Source of the DNA: Lama guanicoe
Taxonomy: Eukaryota
Direction: 5' to 3'
Assembly (NCBI GenBank): GCA_013239625.1
Contig: MU054323.1
Location: 13,873,950 to 13,937,949, forward strand
Length of the DNA: 64,000 bases
In this document: positions 25,090-36,720 of the stretch, piece by piece
Layout of the letters: each line of letters begins with the position of its first letter
Position numbering within the stretch: position 1 is the first letter of the stretch
Program-made: the position numbers and the translations under genes
Notes under the pieces: model-generated
Seen by the model: the letters and a program-made list of their open reading frames with translations, nothing else
Told to the model about the DNA's origin: nothing
Database searches by the model: none

Positions 25090-28000
25090 CCAAATGTGAC
25101 CCTGATGCACCACTGGTTAAAAAACAATTGCTCTACAGGGCTTGTCTGGCAACTCAGAACCTTTGGGATGACAAAAATCATACCAGATCACTCTCAAATC
25201 TCAGTTTTGCTTGTGGTATGAGAGCCTAAAATTCAGAACCGACATTTTTATTACCTCATAGAGTGTTTGTTCTTTTTAGCTTCCTTGTCCTAGTTGTCAT
25301 GCTGGGAGAACTCAAAGAAGTCAGTGAGTTTTCATCTCTGTCCTGTGTCCTCAGGGGATGGCTGATTTATTCCCAAGTTCTTCTGCCTTATAATTTTTTT
25401 TTTTAAGTTGAAGGTTGTACTAGTGTAGGTCAGCCAATTCATAATTCACTCTGAGACTGGGGAAAGGACTCTGAGGTCCTCATTTTCATTAGGAATTGAG
25501 CAGTAGTTTGTTAAAACTTCAGAGCTGTCAGTCCTCACTGTAACTGTGTTCTCATAAATATGAAGACATAATGAAACTTTATTAAAGGACAATCCAGGCA
25601 TGAATCTTTATTTCTTCTAGTAGGCCTTGTACTAAAGTAACTTTTAAGATATTCTGATGTAATTTTTAATTCAGTCATTTGTGGGGTGGACAGCTTATTT
25701 TAGTTTATAACTGAAAGGAGCTATAGATTACAGCCTTAGTTCAGATTGTCCTTAAGGACATGTCCATAGATCCTTTGTAGGTGTGAGAACAATCAAAGAA
25801 CAATCAGATGCTTGGTGGTCTGTGTCTAAATTGTCACTTTCTACTTTTCCTGGATTTAGGAAGAGATTAGAAAAAGCTGGGTCTGATTGCTTGAGGAAAT
25901 TCTGGCTAGGAATTTCTCTAGCTTGCTTTTTGTTTAGTCCAAACACCAATGCAGCAGCAGCAAACTCTCTTTTTAGCTTGTCAGTCAATCAACATAAGAA
26001 TACAGTATATCACAAGAGGTATGGAATGAGGCTTTTCTTCTATTGCTTGAATTCAGCACCTTGGAGAAGGCCCATCTTCTTTCTATGGCACAACACTGTC
26101 ACAGAGATTCATTATTGCTCAAATCTTTTCGCCTGGCCTGCGTTTTGAACTAGGACCATACTTAAGTAAAATTACTGCTTTCCATGATAGAGCATTTTTG
26201 GGCCAAGAAAACCATTCTCATACTTCTTAAGTAATCCCTGCTTTGCTCTATCCTATTCTGCCTTATCACTTTCTGTCTCCAAAGAGAGCTCGTCATTGAG
26301 AGATATATTTCATGCTGAGGAATGTTAGAGGCTAATACTTCTGGTAGATGGTTTCTCCCCAAAGGAAAAGGCCTAATTTGAAAGTGAGAGAATAATATCC
26401 ATTGTGCAATCTTGCCGTTGAGGGAAGCCTATTTGCCTTGAAAATAAGAAATACCTTTCTCAGTAGGCAATGCTTTTCTTTAAGGACATTATAACAGGTG
26501 AAAATTGTGGTTGGCAAATTAGTAAACATTTAACACACTTTTAATGTTATGTGATAAGTGACAGAACATGCAGTTACTGAGGCGAGCAGGTTCTTATATG
26601 CTGGATTGATTGTGTGTGAACATTTAGCATGAGAAAGGAATCTTCCCACATGACTAGTTCTGAGGCTGAAATGAGTTGAAGGAAGAAACAGATATCAGGA
26701 TGAGGATCCTGATTTCATAACCAAGGCAAGGGATGGATTCTCATCCTCTGTGAAACTTCACAACGTACTTTTCAGGAGTAAGCCTCATATACTTTTTAGT
26801 CAAATTGGAAGATCACTAGTGATTTTGTCCTCATGAAAAGGCACCTTGATTTTCTGAAGTAGTGATTCAGGAAATTATACTTGGCTGTCTTCTAGTTTCA
26901 GTCACTTGGATGGTGATTGTGTCACATTATAGCAGTTTTTATCAAGGGGTAGACTGACCTGATACAACACTTAGTGGTAACTTATCAGTGATTTACTCCT
27001 TACATGGTCACTTCATGAACAAAAGAAAAAAGGAATGCAAGGAGAATTTTTTCATTTTCTAATTTAATATTAGATGGTCTTTTGGGCTTATGGAGTGTGC
27101 ATCAGACTTAGAGAAATAGGTCACTGATCTCTCTTCATAGTTTGACAGTGCCAGGCCCATGAGGCATTCCTTCTGTTTTACCTCATAGATTCTCTATGAG
27201 CATCTTAGAAAACTCCTTACCCAGTGTACCACGGTGACCCAGAAGGGCCTCATTTTAATAATTCTGCTATCTTACAAGATCCTTAAAGGGTAAACAAGAA
27301 TTACTCTGAAAATATTATTCCTATTTTAGTCTTTGATTCTTAACTCCTATTTAAAGACTGTGTAACCCAGAGGGAGTAGAAATGCCCAGGAAGAAAGATG
27401 TTATAGTAGAAAGGGAGGACTTTAAGAGCTAAACATGTAAGTTTGACTGGTTCCCCATCCCACACTTAATAGCTAGGAAAAAACTAAGATCATAATCAAA
27501 GCATGTCTTCCTGCTCACCACAGCATCTCTGGTACAGAGCACATGTCTGCCATGTGACCCTCTGCAAAGATATGTTGATTAATGGACTAATTGAAACATC
27601 GCCTGAGACACTGTAACTGAAAACACACAAAGGATGGACTCAGTGAATGTTGTGTGCCTTCTTCTGCTCTGCTGGTGTGTGGGCAGTAGAAATCATCATT
27701 TTCTGTAAAGATGCATCAGCTATGCAGTGCCTGTGCTCAGAAATGTTGGGGATCAATTGATTTAATAGCTGGGGGCCCAACGAGACAAAGTCCAGCAGCA
27801 GTTATGGAAGAGATGGCAAAGCCAAGTTTTCTTTCCCTTTTATGTTCTCTTCATATGACACCTTTTCGATTCCTTATCTAATGACATTTTCTGGGGGAGA
27901 CAACTTTAATCAACTTTATAGATACAAAAAAAAAGAAAAAAGAAGGCAGATATAGCTGATTAGTTTGCCTTTTTCTGCTTACTATCTTTTTGTCATTTTT

Positions 28001-28513
28001 CTTTTTTTATGCTGACTGGGTTTCAGTCTTTGCAAATCGAGACTTAGCATTCTGACTGGCTAAACTCACAGTAGTGGTTACTGGATGTTCTGCTGTAAAA
28101 AAATAAAAACTTATTTAGTGCACAGGACAGTGCTAATTAGTGCATAGAATACACTATTGACATTGTAGAAATAATCAGCAATATTCTGTATCATGTTTTG
28201 TTCATCTGCATTTGCATTTCTCCACTCTGGGGCAAGAATCTTGTCTGCAATGATCTCGCTATCAAAATTCCAGAATTTCTTTAATTAGAACTTTGGGGAG
28301 GCAGAAAAACAATTAGTTGGTAGTGACTGAATGCATTTGTTGTGAGTAAATGAAAATAGTACATAATAAACTTAAATTGTCATTTATTTGCAATACTGCT
28401 GACGTATTGGTACTTGATATGAACTTCTAATTTCTCCTCTCTACCAACTTGATGAATACTTTAAGTCCTCTTCCTTCTGTCCAGTATTGCTGAGAAGATG
28501 GACTTTATTTCTG

Positions 28514-28622
28514 TTTTTTAATTAAAATATAGTTGATTTCTATGTTGTGTTAGTTTCTGGTGTAGAGCAAAGTGTTTAAATTGTATCTATATCTATACCT
28601 CTATCTATGTATATGTTTGAGC
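28514..28622 (-). mobile_element. Short LINE-1 3' end
   Basis: atatagttgatttctatgttgtgttagtttctggtgtagagcaaagtg matches 5862-5910. Possible degenerate TSD atggactttatttctg (28498-28513) / atgggctttagatctg (28623-28638). Confidence 0.8.
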
Positions 28623-29637
28623 ATGGGCTTTAGATCTGATTGCATGGATCTATGAGGATACTGCCCCAGGTCTTACGCCTGCACCATTTTGGGTTGAACT
28701 CTTATTTCAAAGTCCTTGTTTTTATTTTCTGCTTATGCATGGATTCAGGGTTTGTTTGCTTAACTTTATGACTTTCATTAACCTCTATAAAATGCTTATT
28801 GTTAATTTTTTATTCAACTGAAATGGGCTATTCTTGGTCTTTTTACATGAAGCTGTATTGTCCATTACCATGATTTTAGTTACTTCCAAATCCTGCAAGT
28901 CTCTCTTCAGAGCTTCAAACCTCCATGCTCAAATGCCTACTAGCATGTCCCATAGATCACTCAAACTCAGCTTGACTAAAACTGAGATTATTCTCAACTC
29001 CCTCCTACTCCTAAGTTGTTCAAATCCAGACTTGGCCATTTCCTGGTATAGGACTTAGGAAGGTCACTCAGCCTTTCTGCATCTCAGTTTCCTCATCTAT
29101 AAAGGAGGACAAGAAAAACAACTATCTTACAGAGTTGATGAGAATGAACGAGTTATTATTATGTGCCTTTACATAGTAAACAGTATATAAATATTAGTTA
29201 TTATTTTAGAGAGTATTAGTCCCTTGATAATCTCTAACTTTGCGGCACCACATTCACCCAGTGGCTCAAGCTGGAAACCTCAAATTGCATCATCCTCAAT
29301 TTATCCCTCACCACCCCCACCTCCAATCAAAGATTGAGAAGCTTGAGTCCTTTGGATACTACTTCCTGCACATTTCTTGAATCTTCCTTCTTTTCTCTAA
29401 CCCAGTGCCACTGCATGATCCTGTATTACTGGAGTAGCTTTCTAGCTAGAGTTTGACTGCTTGCAATACCTTCTTTATTCCTACTCTCTACACTAAATAC
29501 AGAACTATATTTTAAAAATGCAAATATGTTTGAATATTATCCCCACTTAAAATATTTCCATTCTTACCATTACTGCTGCACTGTCTTTAAAAAGGTACAC
29601 AGGGAGTGTCAGTAGCCTGACCTCTCCTTTGTTCTTT

Positions 29638-31012
29638 TTTTTTTTTTTCCTCTATTTATTTTTTTTACTCTTTTATTTTTTATTTTTTTAACATTTTTTA
29701 TTGATGAATAATCATTTTACAATGTTGTGTCAAATACCAGTGTTCAGCACAATTTTTCAGTCATCCATGGACATATACACACTCATTGTCACATTTTTTT
29801 CTCTGTGAGTTATCATAATATTTTGTGTATATTTCCCTGTGCTATACAGTGGTGTAATCTTGTTTATCTATTCTACAGTTTTGAAATCCCAGTCTATCCC
29901 TTCCCACCCTCCACCCACCGGCAACCACAAGTCTGTATTCTCTGTCTATGAGTCTATTTCTGTCCTGTATTTATGCTTTGTTTTTGTTTATTTGTTTGTT
30001 TNNNNNNNNNNNNNNNNNNNNNNNNNNNNNNNNNNNNNNNNNNNNNNNNNNNNNNNNNNNNNNNNNNNNNNNNNNNNNNNNNNNNNNNNNNNNNNNNNNN
30101 NNNNNNNNNNNNNNNNNNNNNNNNNNNNNNNNNNNNNNNNNNNNNNNNNNNNNNNNNNNNNNNNNNNNNNNNNNNNNNNNNNNNNNNNNNNNNNNNNNNN
30201 NNNNNNNNNNNNNNNNNNNNNNNNNNNNNNNNNNNNNNNNNNNNNNNNNNNNNNNNNNNNNNNNNNNNNNNNNNNNNNNNNNNNNNNNNNNNNNNNNNNN
30301 NNNNNNNNNNNNNNNNNNNNNNNNNNNNNNNNNNNNNNNNNNNNNNNNNNNNNNNNNNNNNNNNNNNNNNNNNNNNNNNNNNNNNNNNNNNNNNNNNNNN
30401 NNNNNNNNNNNNNNNNNNNNNNNNNNNNNNNNNNNNNNNNNNNNNNNNNNNNNNNNNNNNNNNNNNNNNNNNNNNNNNNNNNNNNNNNNNNNNNNNNNNN
30501 NNNNNNNNNNNNNNNNNNNNNNNNNNNNNNNNNNNNNNNNNNNNNNNNNNNNNNNNNNNNNNNNNNNNNNNNNNNNNNNNNNNNNNNNNNNNNNNNNNNN
30601 NNNNNNNNNNNNNNNNNNNNNNNNNNNNNNNNNNNNNNNNNNNNNNNNNNNNNNNNNNNNNNNNNNNNNNNNNNNNNNNNNNNNNNNNNNNNNNNNNNNN
30701 NNNNNNNNNNNNNNNNNNNNNNNNNNNNNNNNNNNNNNNNNNNNNNNNNNNNNNNNNNNNNNNNNNNNNNNNNNNNNNNNNNNNNNNNNNNNNNNNNNNN
30801 NNNNNNNNNNNNNNNNNNNNNNNNNNNNNNNNNNNNNNNNNNNNNNNNNNNNNNNNNNNNNAAATATCTGACATACATTTCAAAAATTTTCTCCTAGAAG
30901 AAATAAAAGCAAGAATAAACAAATGGGACCTAATGAAACTTACAAGCTTCTGCACAGCAAAGGAAACCAGAAATAAAACAAGAAGACAACCTACAGAATG
31001 GGAGAGAATTTT
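29638..31012 (-). mobile_element. Young 5'-inverted LINE-1 spanning the assembly gap
   Basis: Poly(T) and a 3'UTR (29638-30001) nearly identical to 51275-51590. After the gap, 30862-31012 is ORF2 on the + strand ([22 protein letters not shown]...). Perfect TSD tctcctttgttcttt at 29623-29637 and 31013-31027, with a TT|AAAG cleavage site on the minus strand. Confidence 0.93.
30002..30861. other. Assembly gap (860 N)
   Basis: Run of N inside a young L1 copy. Confidence 1.
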
Positions 31013-33309
31013 TCTCCTTTGTTCTTTAATCTCATCTCCTGCCACATGCTCCCTCTTTTCTCACTCTCATGCCTGGCCTGAAAGGCTCTTCTTGCCCAAC
31101 TATTCCTCCCCTACCTCCCACCCAGAATTTGGCTGCCGTCTTCTCATACTTCAGGTTTCAGCTTGGATTATCACATTTTCAGTGCAGCCTTCTTAGTCTT
31201 TATTAACAGCTAATGGATTGTATATTGCTTTGACTGCTTAGCATCCTTATTCCCTGGTGGGACAGTCAACTACAGTGCATGAAATTGATCTGTTCCCACT
31301 GCAGGGTTAGCTTTGTGACTACTTGAATATGCAAGACCATAGATATTAGTTCTTCTGGGTCAGATATTGTTCTCTGGATCAGAGACCCAAACAGCCACAA
31401 GACCAACATACTATTTGGAAATTCAGGTACTCTCAAAAATGTCCACAAGGTAGAGAAAATGGGCTAGTACTATTTTAGATTGTCACTAGAATGAAGAATC
31501 CTAACACAAGTGGATTAACAAGGATCTTTGTTGTTAGGAAAAAGAACAAAATAATTGCATTTATGTCTGTTTTATTACAATTTACTCTCTTTTAATATAA
31601 GGACTTTGCCTTGTTTGCCATTGTATTTTTCTGCTTTAGCATGAAACAATCATTCAAAAAATTTTGTAGAATTGAATCGTCTATCTTAAAGTGTGAAGAA
31701 ACACCAAGAAATGATTTTGTCCAGCCCTCTGATGAAAGCATATGACTATCCTTATATTTGACAAATGGGTCACTTGAGGTCCAGAAATTTAAAGACTCAC
31801 TCTAGGTCACATGGAATACACTAAAAATAAAATCTTCTGTTCTTTCTACCATTCCTTATTGCTATCCAGTTGCATTTGTACATTTCTAATATACTAATTT
31901 GCCTGTAGAGACTGAAAAAAAATTGCTTTCCTATCCTAATTACAGAGACTTTTTGTTTATTGACTCTCAGGGTTGAAAATAAAGGTAGAAATTATATTAG
32001 ACTAGCCAAAGATGCCAGATTAGGGAGTTAGGGTTTTATCCTGTAGGATAATTTTGAAACTATACTCATTGGAGCCCCTGTCAGGAACCTCAAGGGCTTT
32101 GTCTGGACTTCTGACTTATATTTCAATCAGAGAAGCTCCTTGTTCATTTATTTCTCTTGGCTTTATGGAAAGCTTATTTTGAAGAAAGAAATATGTCAAT
32201 AAAAATATATTTGAAAACTATTACTCCAGGGAGTACTGTAACATTTTCATTCGCTACTCAAACATCATCTTTGGTTGAGCTCTTAAGGTAAACTTTGCTT
32301 CTTTTTTGTCTTTGACCAGATTCTCATAATAGCTTGTACAATGAGGGTTAATTTTGGATTTATATGTTTGAATAGCTAAATGTTATCAGTTATAAAAGAA
32401 AATACATGTTAGAATCTAAAAGAATTTTGTCAGCTGGAGTAAGAAAAGTAAAATATACCTTAAGTATTCTCTTTCATTTCCAGTTGTGGGGAATTTGAAA
32501 AATGCTTATTACATGCAGATTTCTTATATTCTCTGGGTTAGTTTAGTGATAAATGCAGCTGTTGAGCTAAATGAGAATGGCTAGAAAAGCTACTGAAGCT
32601 TGACCAGTAATTGTGGATTAGTTAATGGGAATTTGCCTGGGAGTGAGTGTTAATAGTCCTGATGATTTTCGGAAAGCATTGCAAAGATTTTGAAGAACCT
32701 TTTAAATCACTTAGTCTCTCTATGTACTTGTAAGATCTATATGTAAGATGAGAGACTTTACATAGATGAGGACAATACACATTTTATAGATTTGTATGGT
32801 ACTTTACAATTTCACATTTTTCCTTTCTAAGAGAAATTTAAGGCTCTTGCAGCTGTAAAATTCTATTACTTTATGTTTTATTGATTCTTTTGAATATTTT
32901 TGAGATTTTAAACATTTGAAGCTGACATATTGACAGGTTTTAGTTTAGTAGTGGTATGACCTTCCAGCTCTGTGTTCCTAGAGATTACTTGCATGATAAT
33001 CATGGACTATGATAATGAATATTATGCTAATGAATAGTGTAGAAATACTCATAAGGATACATTTCAAAAGATTTATCTAATTCTAATACCTTGTGAACAA
33101 CCAAATTCCTAAACTGAAGATTACACCACAATTGTAGCATAAAATTCCACATATCTTTTTCATTTTCTTTAAAGAATTCCACAAAATTGGGGAAATAACT
33201 GGGTACATGTGGAAATTGGCTTTCAGATTGTCATTATCATGCGCAAGCCAAAGAGGGTTGCATTGCTAAGTCTCAATTACAAAAACAAACAAACAAAAAA
33301 CCCGTCACA

Positions 33310-34495
33310 ACAAAGGGGGCAAGAATATACAATGGAGAAAAGTCTTTTCAATAAGTGTTGCTGAGAAAACTATACAGCTAATATAAAAGAAGGAAATTAG
33401 AACATTTTCTAACACCACATACAAAAGTAAACTCAAAATGTATTAAAGACCTAAATATAAGACTTGAAATCATAAAATCCCAAGAAGAAAAAATATAGGC
33501 AGAAAACTCTTTGACATAAATAGTAGCAATTTTTTTTTTTTGGATCTGTCTCCTAAAGTAAAGGAAACAAAACCAAAAATAAACAAATGGGGCCTAATGA
33601 AACCCAAAAGGTTTTACATAGCAAAGGAAATCACTGACAAATGAAAAGACAGCCTACTGAATGGGACAAAAAGTGTGCAAGTGATAGGATTGATAAGTGG
33701 TTAATATCCAAAATTCATAAACAACTCATACAACTGAACTTGAAAAAACAAACACCTGGATTAAAAAATGTGCAGAAGACCTGAATAGACAGTTTTCCAA
33801 AGAAGACATACAGATGGCCAACAGGCCCATGAAAAAGATTTTCAGCATCATTAATCATAATAGAAGTGCACATCAACACCACAGTGAGATACCACCTTGT
33901 GCCTGTCAGAATGGCTATTATGTGAAAGAACACAGATAACAAATGTTGGAGAGGATATGGAGAAAAGGGAACCCTCATACACTATTAGTGGGAACGTAAA
34001 TTGGTGTAGCCACTGTGGAAAACAGGATGGAGATTCCTCTAAAAGCTAAAAATGGAACTACCATATCATCCAACTACCTGGGTTTATATCTGAAGAAAAG
34101 GAAAATGAAAAGATACATGTACCCACAATGTTCATCACAGCATTGTTTACAATAGCCAAGATATGGGAAGCAGCCTAAGTGTCCATCAATAGATAAATGG
34201 ATAAAGAAGATATTATATATCTATATCTTATATATATAAACACACATACAGTGGAATACCACTCAGTTATAAAAAAGAGTGAAATCCTGCCTTTTGCAAC
34301 AACATGGATGAATTTGGAGAGTATTATGCTCAGTGAAATAAATCAGACAGAGAAAGACAAATACTCTGTGTTATCACTTACGTATGGAAAATACAAAATA
34401 AAACAAAGTAGTGAATATAACAACAAAGAAACAGACTCAAGATATAGAGAACAAACTGGTGGTTACCATGGGGAGAGGGAGGAGGAGGGGCAAAA
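33310..34495 (+). mobile_element. Older LINE-1 ORF2 3' fragment with part of the 3'UTR
   Basis: Frameshifted ORF2 running from KGGKNIQW through EILPFATTWMNLESIMLSEINQTEKDKY. It ends in the purine-rich part of the 3'UTR without the terminal portion. Confidence 0.93.
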
Positions 34496-35339
34496 ATTTG
34501 TGTAATGAAAAAAAGTTCATGGGTTATATATAGTAGTCATATCAACAAATATTTATAAAGTTCCTGCTGAGCCACATTTTACAAAGGAATCTGAATATCC
34601 TTTGTCCTGTAATTCTTACATTTTGTACAGTTTCACTGAATGAAAAAAATGGCCCAATTTTGATCATTTCCTTTTTTTATAACTCCTAGAAATGACCGTT
34701 TTACTAGACTGTGTTTCCAGAAATCAGTAATGCTGTGGAACATATTTTCTCATATGCAATATTAGAGTTAGAAATCAGATTTCTTATCCAGGTCTTATTT
34801 GTAGTGACCTACAAATCGTACCCATGACCCAAAACATCATAGATGGAAGGATAACTAGCCATCACTATAAATATTTAATAAATGACTTTTATTCTTCGAA
34901 AAAGGAATAGATTATCTTGTTGTATACTATTGTCAGCAATGTTTTTTCATTCTGTAAGTCTATACTTGTCAAATAATGACAATGTCTTATAGTTCACTCT
35001 ATTATATGTCATATACAAGAAGCTCACAAAAGCAGCTAGATTATAAATTTGGCCACAGCCAAACATATGTTTAAGCTTTTATTTAGTGATAACATTACTT
35101 TCCTGATTTAGAAAGGCTCTTTTTAGAATAATTTGGATGACAGTTCTAGGAAGTTTACATTAATTTCTTTTGCCTTTAAATTTTTTCCTAAATTAAGCAG
35201 AGCATCAAAAATCACTCTGCTGACCTCAGTTTTGTGTACAAAATACCAGTGACACAGTTGCTATTGTGGATAAGATTTTGATGATTCTTTTATTGACAAT
35301 AATACATCTGAAAGTAAGAGTTAATAAAAATAAGAAAGT

Positions 35340-35411
35340 ACATGAAAATATAGCAATATAAATATTTATTAAAGCACATGAAGATATATCAATATAAATA
35401 TTTATTAAAGC
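35340..35411. repeat. 36-bp tandem duplication
   Basis: acatgaaaatatagcaatataaatatttattaaagc / acatgaagatatatcaatataaatatttattaaagc (34/36). Confidence 0.95.
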
Positions 35412-35715
35412 ATTATTTTATAATTAAAAAGTGAAAAAATATTGATGCCAAAATGAAAGTTTAAGCTAAAATGCATTACATTACAAGGGAAAGTTTGACA
35501 GATATTTAAATGATGATGTAGAAACATATTTATTAACTTGGGAAAAATTATCAGCCTGTGTTGTTAAGTGAAAAGCATAGGTTGCAAAATAATGCAGTAT
35601 AAAGACATATACTGATACACATAGGTTATGTAATAGGAAGGCTGCTCAGACTTACTAACAGTGGTTTTTCTGACTGTTGTTTTAGTTTTCTTATTTTGCC
35701 AGTCTGAATATCTGA

Positions 35716-35748
35716 ATATTCTTTAACAAAAAGGTTGTTAAAGAATAT
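35716..35748. repeat. Perfect 14-bp inverted repeat with a 5-nt spacer
   Basis: atattctttaacaa-aaagg-ttgttaaagaatat. Confidence 0.95.
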
Positions 35749-36261
35749 ATTTTATTCCTGTGATGTGATAAGAAAAAATGAGAAAATTTAGGACTTCTTT
35801 CCTAACCCAGAGACTTTTTCATGAATTATTTAAAATTATACTGTTGGAAACTTCTTATATATGTATCTTTACATTCTTGAGAACATATTTTTTATGGGAT
35901 GAATGGCTGATAGCTGAGTTGTTGGAAGGAGTATTTTCAGTGTAATTTTTAATATATAAACAAAAATGTTACATCCAATATGATGTAAGGAAAGTTATAT
36001 GAAAAGGGAATTTATAGAAGCACAAAAAAAAAGTTAAAGAAACATGAAAACCAAGGCAAATTAAAGTAATGTGGTTTTAGACTTATTAGATTTGTTAAAA
36101 TTAATGAAATTTATATGTCAAGTTTTGGTAAGGGTGAGGGAAACAAGTGCTCTCGTGTACAGTCGGAGGGAATATAAATTGGTATATTGTGTTAGTTTTT
36201 TAAATTAAGGAAGTAAATAGGGCTGATCTTTCCCTATACTATGTTTCTTCAAAACCACATT

Positions 36262-36397
36262 GAAACATTTTAAAATTTATTTTTATTTAGAGGGGGTGGA
36301 TGATAGATTTATTTGTTTATTTCTTAGTGAAGGTACTGGGAGTTTAACCTAGTGCATGCTAAGCAGGTACTCTACCACTGAGCCATACCCTCCCAAC
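36262..36397 (-). mobile_element. tRNA-Ala-derived SINE (Vic-1-like), diverged
   Basis: Reverse complement gggagggtatggctcagtggtagagtacctgcttagcatgcac..., with a small internal deletion. TSD caaaaccacatt at 36250-36261 and 36398-36409. Confidence 0.88.
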
Positions 36398-36489
36398 CAA
36401 AACCACATTTTGAATGTACTGAAGCATCCCCCACTTTATCTCCAGAATAGACAGGACTCTTGAGAGTGACTTTTATTTTTCACAGCTGT

Positions 36490-36720
36490 TTTCCTTTCTC
36501 AAGGCTCTCTTAATCTAACTAACTCTGCAAGGAAGGCCAAACTGTGCACGCACATTTAAACCTCTCCTCCCATCATCTTTACTAAAATTCCACTGACCAA
36601 AGCAGAAAACATGTACAAGCCCAAAGTCACTGGGATGGGAAATATACTCTGTTCACTCTAGTAGGAGGTGGCCCCAAGTCATGTAGCAAGGGCATGGCGT
36701 GTGTGCTTCTATACCACACA
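36490..36720 (-). mobile_element. MLT1 (H-like) LTR fragment
   Basis: ccactgaccaaagca...aagcccaaagtcactgggatgggaaatatactct...aagggcatgg. Confidence 0.6.

Larger units (their letters stand above)
28870..31200 (+). mobile_element. L2 LINE interrupted by a MIR (about 29030-29210) and the young L1
   Basis: atgtcccatagatcactcaaactcagc...cacccagtggctcaagctggaaacct...; continuity resumes after the TSD at 31028. Confidence 0.6.

Noticed and set aside
29839..31196. Five long ORFs of 296-407 aa
   Set aside because: Artefacts of translating the 860-N gap.
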